Assembly: GCA_017503325.1 (NCBI GenBank)
Contig: JAFVTI010000006.1
Location: 14,947-78,946, forward strand
Origin: Clostridia bacterium
GTDB lineage: Bacteria; Bacillota; Clostridia; Oscillospirales; CAG-272
Reading direction: 5' to 3'
Length of the DNA stretch: 64,000 nt
Shown in pieces: positions 52,586 through 61,250 of the stretch (positions are counted from its first letter, which is position 1; every line of letters begins with the position of its first letter). A model generated the notes under the pieces. The model saw nothing but the letters and a program-made list of their open reading frames with translations. It was not told where the DNA came from and ran no database searches. A program made the position numbers and the translations under genes.

Positions 52586-54130
52586 ATGTCCGAAGCCGAA
52601 AGATTACGACGACAGGAATATAAGCGTAACAGAAAAAAATGGATCATCATTCAATCTGTTGCATTGGCCGTGGTTTTGGCAATTGCGCTTGCTTCTTTTG
52701 TCATTTATGACAGAATGAACCGCACCTACTATATTGAATACACCGAGAACGGCGGCGTGGATTACAAGGTATTCTTGAAGGACAACCCCTTCTACGATGA
52801 TGCCTACCTTGAAAAGGATCAATCCTACGTTGCAAGCCTGATCAAGGAGATCACGGCCGAGTTTACTTACGATCTGACTATGGACGCCGAAAGCGTAGGC
52901 TTTGACTATACCTACAAGATCGACGCACAGGTTATCGTTGCCAACAAGGACACGGGAGATCCTATCTACGATCCCACCTTTGAGCTGATTCCCGAAACCA
53001 AAGAAAGTGCAGAGAACGGCAACCTTTTGGGCATTGACAAGAGCGTTGTGATCGATTATAACAAATATAACAAGCTTGCAACCGATTTTATCAAGGCGTA
53101 CGACCTCAAGAGCACCACGAGCACCCTGGTGGTCACCATGACCGTGGACGTGCTCAGCCGCTGTGAGGAATTTGAGGATAACAATCAGAATTCCTATTTC
53201 GTGTCTCTGAACATCCCGCTGACAGAGGAGAACTTCAGTATCTTTTCCACCTCCAGCACGCCCGAGGCACAGAACAAGGTGCTGGCTTGCAGCGGTGCAG
53301 TCAACCAGAACGTATTTATGATCGTGGGCATCGTGCTTTTGTCGATCGACGTGCTGCTGGCAGCGCTTCTGACCGCGTTTATCTACATTACCAGAAACGA
53401 AGACGTTACCTATGCAAACAAGGTTCGCAAGCTGGTGTCCTCCTATCGCTCCTTCATTCAGCAAATGGAGGGCGAGTTTGACACCGAGGGATATCAGATC
53501 GTGCCCATCAAGACCTTTGGTGAAATGCTGGGTATCCGAGACACCATTCAGTCTCCGATTCTGATGTTTGAAAACCTTGACCAGACCATGACCGAATTCG
53601 TCATCCCCACCAACACCAAGATCCTTTACAGCTTTGTGATCAAGGTGGACAACTACGACGAGATCTACAATACACCCGAGCCCGAGCCTGAGCCCGAGCC
53701 CGAACCCGAGGAAGAGGTCGTCATTCATGACGAGAGCATTCCCGAGGAGGAAATCGCAGAGGCGATGGAAACTCCGGACGTGGTGCTTGAGGAGATCAAC
53801 TACGTAGAGGACAACGACGAGGAGCTGGAAGAGGGCGTTGAGGTCATCGGCGTTGTATGGCCCGAAAAGGCAAACAGAAATAAGGTTTACCGCTACGACC
53901 CGGACGGCGAAAAGCTGGAGAAGGGCGATATGGTTCTCGTTCCCACAAGGGACGTGCACAAGAATAAAGAGGTGATCAGAAAAGCCGCCGTTGCACACGA
54001 GAATCACAGAATTGACCCCGCATTGCATCCCCATGCGATCAAAAAGATCATAGGCGTTATCAGACGCCATGCTGACGCAGTTCTTGCGCCTGCGCCCAAG
54101 GATGCTGAGCAAAACAACAACCAAGAATAA
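52586..54130 (+). CDS. Bitopic membrane protein with a DUF5305-like layout, a (Pro-Glu)n linker and a small C-terminal beta-rich domain
   Basis: Basic N-terminus and TM1 (aa 19-41), a ~200-aa outside domain, TM2 (~aa 243-268) and a cytoplasmic domain. PEPEPEPEPEPEEE follows, then VIGVVWPEK.NRNKVYRYDPDGEKLEKGDMVLVPT. The DUF5305 assignment is from memory. Confidence 0.6.
   Translation: MSEAERLRRQEYKRNRKKWIIIQSVALAVVLAIALASFVIYDRMNRTYYIEYTENGGVDYKVFLKDNPFYDDAYLEKDQSYVASLIKEITAEFTYDLTMDAESVGFDYTYKIDAQVIVANKDTGDPIYDPTFELIPETKESAENGNLLGIDKSVVIDYNKYNKLATDFIKAYDLKSTTSTLVVTMTVDVLSRCEEFEDNNQNSYFVSLNIPLTEENFSIFSTSSTPEAQNKVLACSGAVNQNVFMIVGIVLLSIDVLLAALLTAFIYITRNEDVTYANKVRKLVSSYRSFIQQMEGEFDTEGYQIVPIKTFGEMLGIRDTIQSPILMFENLDQTMTEFVIPTNTKILYSFVIKVDNYDEIYNTPEPEPEPEPEPEEEVVIHDESIPEEEIAEAMETPDVVLEEINYVEDNDEELEEGVEVIGVVWPEKANRNKVYRYDPDGEKLEKGDMVLVPTRDVHKNKEVIRKAAVAHENHRIDPALHPHAIKKIIGVIRRHADAVLAPAPKDAEQNNNQE
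53675..53710 (+). repeat. In-frame hexanucleotide tandem repeat (CCNGAR)x6 encoding (Pro-Glu)6
   Basis: cccgag cccgag cctgag cccgag cccgaa cccgag, inside the 52586 ORF. Confidence 0.9.
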
Positions 54131-54156
54131 TTTCATAAAGAAGGGAGAGTGTGACT

Positions 54157-55596
54157 ATGACAAAGAGAATGCTGATTGTGCTTTGTGTCGCACTCTCCTT
54201 TATGTGTGCCTTTATCTCAGTGGGCTATGCCGCCCTGACCGATACCTTCAATATCATGGGACACGCGGAAATTGAAATTCCGTACGGCTTGTTTATTACG
54301 AGTATCGAGCCGCTTTCCGATTCAAATCTGGATGTCATGGACGTCAGCCACGTGCAGCATTCCACAACGGTGGAGTGCTCTTTGAGTAAAGTGTATTCCT
54401 ATTACGGCACCAACGGCTCGGTTACCTATGAAATTACCGTGTTCAATAACACCACGCGCGAGTATGCATTCCGAGCACTGTATTATCAGGACGGCACGTA
54501 CAACAACAATATGATTGAGAACTATAACGGAAGCAATTCCATCGGTGTTATCACGCATTTTCCGGACGGCAAAAAGGTTGCCCCCGGCAAGTCCTTGACC
54601 TTCCACGTAACCTACAACCTCGGCACGGGACTTTATCCTTACAACACCTATAAAACGCTGATCAACTATCAGTTTGGTATTAACGTTGACTCCGAAACCG
54701 AGGCCGTGGACGTCGTACACGATAAGTTCCTGGATATTCTGAATACCACCTCGACCTATGAAACGCTGGTTGACGTATTGGATAACAAGTACGACGGCTC
54801 GCAGGAATGGACCTCCAACTACGTCGGTAACGTTGGTAATGCAACCTCTGACGACGCACTCGCGGTCAACACGCTGTTCGCAGGCCAGCTGCAGCTGGTC
54901 ATTGACGGCCAAACCAAGCCCGCAACCGTACTGATCAAGCACGAAAACCTGGATAATAACCGAAACACCGGTGACGACTACGTTGCAGTCAACAAAAACA
55001 ATCAAGGCAGCCCGTTCTACGGCTACGGATGTGAAATGACGCTGTATCTGACTACGGATGATCTGGATCAGAAGAATGGCTGGGCACCGGTCTACGTTTC
55101 CGTCTTTACCTGTGACCGCGATGAAAACGGCAATATCGTAGGCGACTGGTATCTGATCGGTGAGACGTATAAGGGCAGAGCCAATATCGTCGGATATAAC
55201 GGTGAAGCCGGTGGAACAGGCTCGTTCGTTACGGACAACTGGGTTGCGGATGCGGCAACCTACCAGGTCACCGACCATTATTCCTACTACGTAGCGGATG
55301 GCACCACCATCAAAACGCTGACGCAGACGGTAGATCCGGGCTTGACCAACGAGTTCCAAAGCCTGCTCAATCGCGCCAAGGCTATGATCGACGATACCAC
55401 CTATGCAGGCACGGGTATCACCGTGGTCGAGGAGGCCTACGAAAGAGCAGCGCCGTATTTCACCGTGGATGCAAACGGTAACCCCGTAGCAGACCCAACC
55501 ATCACAAGAGCGCAGCTTTGTCCCATCGTCAAGTTCCTGGAAACCAAGCTGAACGAAGCCCAGGACAAGATTGACCAAATCGTAGGTCAGCAATAA
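54157..55596 (+). CDS. Large secreted protein with the same SipW-class-like signal and N-terminal motif; candidate minor subunit or adhesin
   Basis: MTKRMLIVLCVALSFMCAFISVGYA|ALTDTFNIMGHAEI. ATG 54157 lies 7 nt after a GGGAGAG RBS; the track start is GTG 54151. The body is beta-rich with a helical C-terminal ~90 aa. Confidence 0.7.
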   Translation: MTKRMLIVLCVALSFMCAFISVGYAALTDTFNIMGHAEIEIPYGLFITSIEPLSDSNLDVMDVSHVQHSTTVECSLSKVYSYYGTNGSVTYEITVFNNTTREYAFRALYYQDGTYNNNMIENYNGSNSIGVITHFPDGKKVAPGKSLTFHVTYNLGTGLYPYNTYKTLINYQFGINVDSETEAVDVVHDKFLDILNTTSTYETLVDVLDNKYDGSQEWTSNYVGNVGNATSDDALAVNTLFAGQLQLVIDGQTKPATVLIKHENLDNNRNTGDDYVAVNKNNQGSPFYGYGCEMTLYLTTDDLDQKNGWAPVYVSVFTCDRDENGNIVGDWYLIGETYKGRANIVGYNGEAGGTGSFVTDNWVADAATYQVTDHYSYYVADGTTIKTLTQTVDPGLTNEFQSLLNRAKAMIDDTTYAGTGITVVEEAYERAAPYFTVDANGNPVADPTITRAQLCPIVKFLETKLNEAQDKIDQIVGQQ

Positions 55597-55600
55597 AATC

Positions 55601-55634
55601 AAAAGGCATTATCGCAAGGATAATGCCTTTTTTG
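55601..55634. terminator. Bidirectional terminator closing the SipW-associated operon
   Basis: Stem aaggcattatc / gataatgcctt followed by TTTTT. The convergent gene ends at 55649. Confidence 0.7.
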
Positions 55635-55648
55635 TATGGAATTGTATT

Positions 55649-56716
55649 TTACCACTCCAGCTTGATTTCCTCGTTCTGCTCGGAGGAATCGTAGATGGCC
55701 TGCATCATACGCGCGGTGATGATGACCTGGTCGATGTGAGAGGGAAGCTTTTCACCCGTCTTGATGCAGCGGATGAAGGAATCGATCTCGTTCTGGAACA
55801 TGTGCACGCTTTCATATTCGGGCACTTCCTTGGTCAGCTTGCCGTCCTTGGTGCCGAATACCGTAAAGTTGCCGCCGTAGTTGAGGCGCACGCCTGCCTT
55901 GTCGCCCAGGAAGTCGATGTAAGCCTCGCCAATGCCGATGTTCTGCGCCCATGCGCCGTTGAAGGTGATGGTCGGACCCTCGGTGCGGATAAAGCCGGTT
56001 ACGCTGTCGTCCACGTCGTAGGTGCCGTTCAGATCCTTGGTGTCCTCGGCCCACATGCCCTCGTAAACGTAGTTCGGCATATCAACGCCCAGCTTGGAGA
56101 ATGCCTTGCCCGAAACGGTCAGAGGCTTGGGGTCGCCCGTGCAGTACATGACGATATCAAGATAGTGCACGCCCCAGTCGATCAGAGAACCACCGCCTGC
56201 GATCTCCTTGGTGGTAAATGCGCCGCCAAGTCCGGGGATGGAACGCCATGCGCGGAAGGAAACGTATACGTGATAAACCTCGCCAAGCTCGCCTGCCTCA
56301 ATCAGCTTTCTGATCTCATTGACGGCCGTGTTGAAGCGGTTGACCACACCGATGTTGAGCACCTTGCCCGATTTGTGCTGCGCTTCTTGCATCAGCTTTG
56401 CTTCTGCATAAGTGCGAGCTGCGGGCTTTTCGCAAAGCACGTGCTTGCCATGCTCCAAAAAGTCAATGGCAATGGTGGTGTGCATGCGGTTGGGTGTGCA
56501 GACCGAAACCGCCTCGATCTCCGGGTCGTCCAGAATTTCACGGTAGTCTACGATGGCAGTGCCGCAACCGTACTTTTCAACGGCAGCCTGCGCCTTTTCG
56601 GGAATGATGTCGCAGAAATACTTGATCTCCACCTCGGGGTTGTTCATGTATGCGGGAATATGCGCGCTGTTTGCGATCGTACCGCAGCCGATCACGGCAA
56701 CCTTGATTTTGCTCAT
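55649..56716 (-). CDS. Gfo/Idh/MocA family NAD(P)-dependent oxidoreductase
   Basis: Rossmann N-terminus KVAVIGCGTIANSAH and EKP motif LCEKPAA. ATG 56716 follows an AGGAGG RBS. Confidence 0.85.
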   Translation of the reverse strand: MSKIKVAVIGCGTIANSAHIPAYMNNPEVEIKYFCDIIPEKAQAAVEKYGCGTAIVDYREILDDPEIEAVSVCTPNRMHTTIAIDFLEHGKHVLCEKPAARTYAEAKLMQEAQHKSGKVLNIGVVNRFNTAVNEIRKLIEAGELGEVYHVYVSFRAWRSIPGLGGAFTTKEIAGGGSLIDWGVHYLDIVMYCTGDPKPLTVSGKAFSKLGVDMPNYVYEGMWAEDTKDLNGTYDVDDSVTGFIRTEGPTITFNGAWAQNIGIGEAYIDFLGDKAGVRLNYGGNFTVFGTKDGKLTKEVPEYESVHMFQNEIDSFIRCIKTGEKLPSHIDQVIITARMMQAIYDSSEQNEEIKLEW

Positions 56717-56856
56717 GGGGCAGTCCTCCTTGATAAAACTATTACCATGATTATACTCCTTTTTGATCAATTCGTCAAGAATAATTGCAGATGTTCACAC
56801 CGTGTTAAAAAATATTTGCTACACTATCTGTATATCACCCAATCCGGAGGAAAGCA

Positions 56857-57294
56857 GTGACAGTCAAGATCGTAAAGCTGCAACAAAATGCACACATTCC
56901 CACCTATGGAAGCGCCGACGCAGCAGGCGCGGATCTGTATGCATGCATTGACGAGGCGGTGACCATACAGCCAAGTCAGACCGTGCTGATCCCCACGGGA
57001 CTTTCAATGGAGATCGAGCAGGGCTTTGCGGGATTTATCTATGCGCGCAGCGGCCTTGCCACCAAGCGCGGACTTGCACCTGCCAATAAGGTCGGCGTGA
57101 TCGACAGCGATTATCGCGGTCAGGTCATGGTCTCCTTGCACAATCACACAGACCGGCCGCAGACGGTTGAGCCGGGCGAGCGAGTGGCGCAGATGGTGTT
57201 TGCGCCCGTATACCAAGCGCAATTTTGCGAGGTGGATGCGCTGCAGGACACCGAGAGAGGCACGGGCGGATTCGGATCCACCGGAACAAAATAA
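56857..57294 (+). CDS. dut: dUTP diphosphatase
   Basis: AAGADLYA, GVIDSDYRGQV and C-terminal RGTGGFGSTG. GTG start after GGAGG. Confidence 0.9.
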   Translation: MTVKIVKLQQNAHIPTYGSADAAGADLYACIDEAVTIQPSQTVLIPTGLSMEIEQGFAGFIYARSGLATKRGLAPANKVGVIDSDYRGQVMVSLHNHTDRPQTVEPGERVAQMVFAPVYQAQFCEVDALQDTERGTGGFGSTGTK

Positions 57295-57333
57295 GAAACG
57301 ATCATGAGAATAATTACTATTTTGGAGGAAATT

Positions 57334-58686
57334 ATGAAAACCATTAAGATTCTTTGTCTGATGCTGGCTGCGCTGATGCTCGGCGTTTGCTTTGTCGGTT
57401 GCGAGGGTGGGCAGGAAGAAACCACGACTCCCGAAGACACCACAGCTCCCGAGGGCACCGCAACACCCGAGCAGACCACAGAAGAGCAGACCACCGAGCC
57501 CGAGCCCGAAAAGCCCGAGGAGCTGCTTGCATACGACACCTACTATCTGGACACCTACATGAAGCCTATCTGGAAGGGTAAGTACATGTACAACGAGACC
57601 ATCATGTTCGTCGGCATGGACGACAAGGCTTCCTTGCTGTATACGCCCGACGAGATCCTTTCCGTCACCTCCTATGACCTGAAAACGGTTTACGAGCAGG
57701 GTAAGGACTATGACCTTGTAGACGGACAGCTGGTGCTGCTTGAGGGCACGCGCATTCCCGTCATCACGTTTGAGGAATACTATCACGAAACCGAGATCCC
57801 CGGCATGCCCGCACAGCTTGTCACCAAGTATGACGGAAAGCAATATTTTACCTATTGGGGTGAGGGCGTGGTCATGACTCAGTGGCAGATTGCCGTGACC
57901 TACACGCACAGCCAGACATGGGAGGGCTTTGTACCCGAGACCTCGAATCAGTTTGCAAAGCTGATCGCAAAGCTGGAGGCAGGTCAGGACGCTACCATGA
58001 TCTTCTATGGCGACAGCATCACCTTCGGCGCATCCTCGTCGGGACTCTCCGGCACCAATCCTTACGCACCCTCCTATACCCAGCTGTTCACGCAGTACCT
58101 GGCGCAGAAGTATGGCTATACCGTCAAGTACGTCAACACCGGTCTTACAGGTGCTGCAGTTCCTCCCGCAGAGGACACCGTGTTCGGCACAAACGGTACC
58201 ATTACCTATATCAATCCCGCCGTGGGTGGCTGGACCAGTGCTGACGGCTTTAACAAGTTTGACGAATACGTCAAGCCCTTCGTAGAGCAGTACGGCTGTG
58301 ATTTCTTCCTGCTGGCGTTCGGTATGAACGATGCAGGAAATTCCCCCAAGAACGAGCAGAAGGCAATCAAGAAGATCTCGGATAAGCTGTATGAGATCGC
58401 ACCCGAGGCTGAGATGCTGCTTGTAGCGACCATGATCCCCAATCCCGAGGCTACCAACGGCTGGTACGGCAATCAGCACCGCTTTGAAAACGTGTTTGAA
58501 ACGCTTGCTGCTGACTACGTAGCAGACGGTAAGTCCTGTGCCGTCGCAAAGATGACCACCATGAGCCAGAGAATTCTGGAGAACAAGCGCTTCCGCGACC
58601 ACACCGGTAACAATATCAACCATCCCAACGACTTCCTGAGCAGAATTTACGCGCAGGTCGTTTATCAGACCGTGATCGGTTATTAA
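57334..58686 (+). CDS. Lipoprotein with a C-terminal SGNH/GDSL hydrolase domain
   Basis: Lipobox CFVGC and a Thr/Glu/Pro-rich linker. Blocks FYGDSITFG, FGMNDA and NHPND are present. Confidence 0.75.
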   Translation: MKTIKILCLMLAALMLGVCFVGCEGGQEETTTPEDTTAPEGTATPEQTTEEQTTEPEPEKPEELLAYDTYYLDTYMKPIWKGKYMYNETIMFVGMDDKASLLYTPDEILSVTSYDLKTVYEQGKDYDLVDGQLVLLEGTRIPVITFEEYYHETEIPGMPAQLVTKYDGKQYFTYWGEGVVMTQWQIAVTYTHSQTWEGFVPETSNQFAKLIAKLEAGQDATMIFYGDSITFGASSSGLSGTNPYAPSYTQLFTQYLAQKYGYTVKYVNTGLTGAAVPPAEDTVFGTNGTITYINPAVGGWTSADGFNKFDEYVKPFVEQYGCDFFLLAFGMNDAGNSPKNEQKAIKKISDKLYEIAPEAEMLLVATMIPNPEATNGWYGNQHRFENVFETLAADYVADGKSCAVAKMTTMSQRILENKRFRDHTGNNINHPNDFLSRIYAQVVYQTVIGY

Positions 58687-58697
58687 GAAAAGCAAAT

Positions 58698-58727
58698 AAG
58701 CCTCGCATGTAAATGCGGGGCTTTTCT
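58698..58727 (+). terminator. Rho-independent terminator
   Basis: Stem aagcctcgcat / atgcggggctt followed by a T run. Confidence 0.7.
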
Positions 58728-58755
58728 TGACAATGCTTGCAAAGCATGATAAAAT
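58727..58755 (+). promoter_or_regulatory. Sigma-A-type promoter
   Basis: TTGACA, 17 nt, TAAAAT. Confidence 0.55.
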
Positions 58756-58787
58756 AAAGGCAAAGAAAGACCAAGGAGGTATGACTG

Positions 58788-59471
58788 ATGATCAAATATG
58801 AAATTCAAGGAGATTCGCTTCCCGTTGTGATCTGTTATCCCGAGGCAGGGCAAACGCTTTGCACGGAGAGAGGGGCAATGAGCTGGATGAGCCCCAATAT
58901 GAGAATGGAAACCAACGCAGGCGGCTTTGGCAAAGCCATGGGCAGACTGTTTTCGGGCGAATCCGTATTTCTCAACGAATATACAGCAGAAGGACGCCCC
59001 GGCATGATTGCGTTTTCGTCCTCCTTCCCGGGCTCGATCCTGCCTTTTCACGTCACGCCCGGCAACGGCATCATCGTGCAGAAAAAGGGCTTTTTGGCCA
59101 TGGAAAAGGGACTGGATCTGTCCATTCATTTCCGCAAAAAGATCGGCCAAGGGTTGTTTGGCGGTGAAGGCTTTATCATGCAGAAGATCACGGGTGACGG
59201 CCTTGTGTTTGTTGAGATCGACGGCTACTGCAAGGAATATGAGCTTGCCGCAGGGCAGAGCATCATCCTGGGCACAGGCTATCTTGCAGCCATGACCGAG
59301 ACCTGCACCATGGATCTGGAAAGCGTCAAGGGAGCGAAAAACGTGCTGTTTGGCGGTGAGGGATTCTTTAACACGCGTGTGACCGGCCCGGGTAAGATCT
59401 GGGTACAGTCCATGCCCATCGTAGCAACCGCGGCAGCCATTGCGCCGTATATTCCCACAAGCAACGATTGA
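58788..59471 (+). CDS. AIM24 / TIGR00266 family protein
   Basis: 227-aa protein with MIKYEI.G...PVV.......Q.L..E.GAM..M and GGEGFF repeats, typical of the family. Confidence 0.75.
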   Translation: MIKYEIQGDSLPVVICYPEAGQTLCTERGAMSWMSPNMRMETNAGGFGKAMGRLFSGESVFLNEYTAEGRPGMIAFSSSFPGSILPFHVTPGNGIIVQKKGFLAMEKGLDLSIHFRKKIGQGLFGGEGFIMQKITGDGLVFVEIDGYCKEYELAAGQSIILGTGYLAAMTETCTMDLESVKGAKNVLFGGEGFFNTRVTGPGKIWVQSMPIVATAAAIAPYIPTSND

Positions 59472-59474
59472 GAT

Positions 59475-61238
59475 ATGGATATGAAGCACAAATTTGCATA
59501 CGAAAACGCACAATTTCTTTATGACGGTCAGCCCGTGACCATTCTGTCGGGTGCTGTGCATTATTTTCGCACCCTGCCCGAGCAATGGGAGGACAGACTA
59601 CTCAAGCTCAAGGCATGCGGGCTCAATACGGTTGAGACCTATACCTGCTGGAATCTGCACGAACGCAAGGAAGGGCAGTTTGACTTCTCGGGGCTGCTTG
59701 ACATTGAGAGATTTATTGAAACAGCAGAAAAGCTGGGACTTTTCGTCATCCTTCGTCCGGGTCCTTACATTTGTGCCGAATGGGATTTCGGAGGACTGCC
59801 TTCCTGGCTGCTCTCCTATCCCGATATTGCGCTGCGCTGTGACGATCCCATGTACCTTGAAAAGGTCAAGCCGTATTATCGCGAGCTGCTCTCGCGCATC
59901 CGTCCGCATCTGTGCACCAACGGCGGCAACGTCATCATGGTACAGGTCGAGAATGAGTACGGCAGCTATGGCGACGATAAGGTCTATTTGCAAAAGATCG
60001 TGGATATCTACCGCGAAAACGGCATTGATTGTCTGCTGTTCACCTCGGACGGCACGGCTAAGTGGATGCTGAGTGGCGGTACGCTGCCCGAGGTGCTGGC
60101 CGTGGCCAATTTTGGCAGCTATACCGAGCAGATTCTGACCTTGAACGAATTCCAAAAGGATCGCCCTCTGATGTGCGGTGAGTTCTGGGACGGCTGGTTT
60201 GACCATTGGTACGAATCGGGCACGCAGCTGCGACCCATCGAGGACATCGTGCGCGAGATAGAAAAGTTCTTTGACTTTGGCGCGTCCTTTAATTTGTATA
60301 TGTTCCACGGCGGCACCAATTTTGCCTTCTGGAACGGCGCAAATCACCCCGGTGATTATCAGCCAACCATTACAAGCTACGACTACCGCGCGCTGTTGAC
60401 CGAAGCAGGGGATACCACCCCGCTTTACGAGGCGGTCAAGGATCTGATCGCGCGCAGAACAGGCAAGCCCGCGCCCGAAATCGAGATCAGAAACTCCGAA
60501 AAGGCAGCATACGGCAACCTTACGCTGACCGAGCAGGCAGAGCTGTTTGAAAATCTTGACAAGCTGTCTTCTCCCGTCAGGGCTGCATTCCCCAAGACTA
60601 TGGAGCAGCTGGGGCAGGACTTCGGCTTTACGCTGTATCGCACCACCGTTCAAGGTCCGATTGAGCCGCTGCCGCTTTGCTTTGGCGAGCTGCACGACCG
60701 CGCTCTTGTGTTTGTCAACGGTCAATTTGCAGGCATCAAGGAGCGTGATCGCCGAAACGATGAAATCACCGTCTCGCTTGATTTCGGTGAATCCACCGTG
60801 GTGGATATTCTGGTCGAGAACATGGGCAGAGTCAATTACGGCATCAATTTGCTGGATAAGAAGGGGATTTTGGGCGGCGTGCGCCTGGGGCAGCGTTACC
60901 ACTTTGGCTGGGAGATGTACCCCATGACCATGGATGATCTGTCGGATCTCTCCTATGCACCCGAGCACGGATTTGCCGGGCCCGCATTCCTCCGCGGCAA
61001 TCTGCATCTTGAGGATGCTCCCAAGGATACCTTTATCCGCCTTGACGGCTTTAACAAGGGCTTTGTCACGGTCAACGGCTTCAATATCGGCCGCTATTAC
61101 AATCCCGCAGGTCCGCAGAAAACGCTGTACCTGCCTGCGCCACTCTTGCACACGGGCGACAACGAGATCGTGGTCTTTGAATCGGACGGCTACACCGATC
61201 CCGTGATCACGTTCACGGATACACCGGAGTTGGTATAA
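59475..61238 (+). CDS. Beta-galactosidase, glycoside hydrolase family 35
   Basis: GPYICAEWDFGGLPSWL and QVENEYGSYG (acid/base Glu). No signal peptide is visible. Confidence 0.9.
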   Translation: MDMKHKFAYENAQFLYDGQPVTILSGAVHYFRTLPEQWEDRLLKLKACGLNTVETYTCWNLHERKEGQFDFSGLLDIERFIETAEKLGLFVILRPGPYICAEWDFGGLPSWLLSYPDIALRCDDPMYLEKVKPYYRELLSRIRPHLCTNGGNVIMVQVENEYGSYGDDKVYLQKIVDIYRENGIDCLLFTSDGTAKWMLSGGTLPEVLAVANFGSYTEQILTLNEFQKDRPLMCGEFWDGWFDHWYESGTQLRPIEDIVREIEKFFDFGASFNLYMFHGGTNFAFWNGANHPGDYQPTITSYDYRALLTEAGDTTPLYEAVKDLIARRTGKPAPEIEIRNSEKAAYGNLTLTEQAELFENLDKLSSPVRAAFPKTMEQLGQDFGFTLYRTTVQGPIEPLPLCFGELHDRALVFVNGQFAGIKERDRRNDEITVSLDFGESTVVDILVENMGRVNYGINLLDKKGILGGVRLGQRYHFGWEMYPMTMDDLSDLSYAPEHGFAGPAFLRGNLHLEDAPKDTFIRLDGFNKGFVTVNGFNIGRYYNPAGPQKTLYLPAPLLHTGDNEIVVFESDGYTDPVITFTDTPELV

Positions 61239-61250
61239 AGGAATCACATC

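Noticed and set aside
53675-53710. A short tandem repeat, considered as a possible CRISPR or other array.
   Set aside because: It consists of six contiguous 6-nt units with no spacers, in frame inside a CDS, encoding (Pro-Glu)6. It is simple coding low complexity, not a CRISPR array.
52604-55602. Long minus-strand ORFs of 510 aa and 426 aa opposite the SipW-operon genes.
   Set aside because: The plus-strand genes have strong RBSs, signal peptides and recognisable peptidase motifs. The antisense translations are featureless. The same shadow-ORF effect occurs at 8732-10186, 21671-23335, 23775-25148, 28388-29722, 41037-42152, 48895-50322, 55736-56860, 57004-58695 and 59598-61247.
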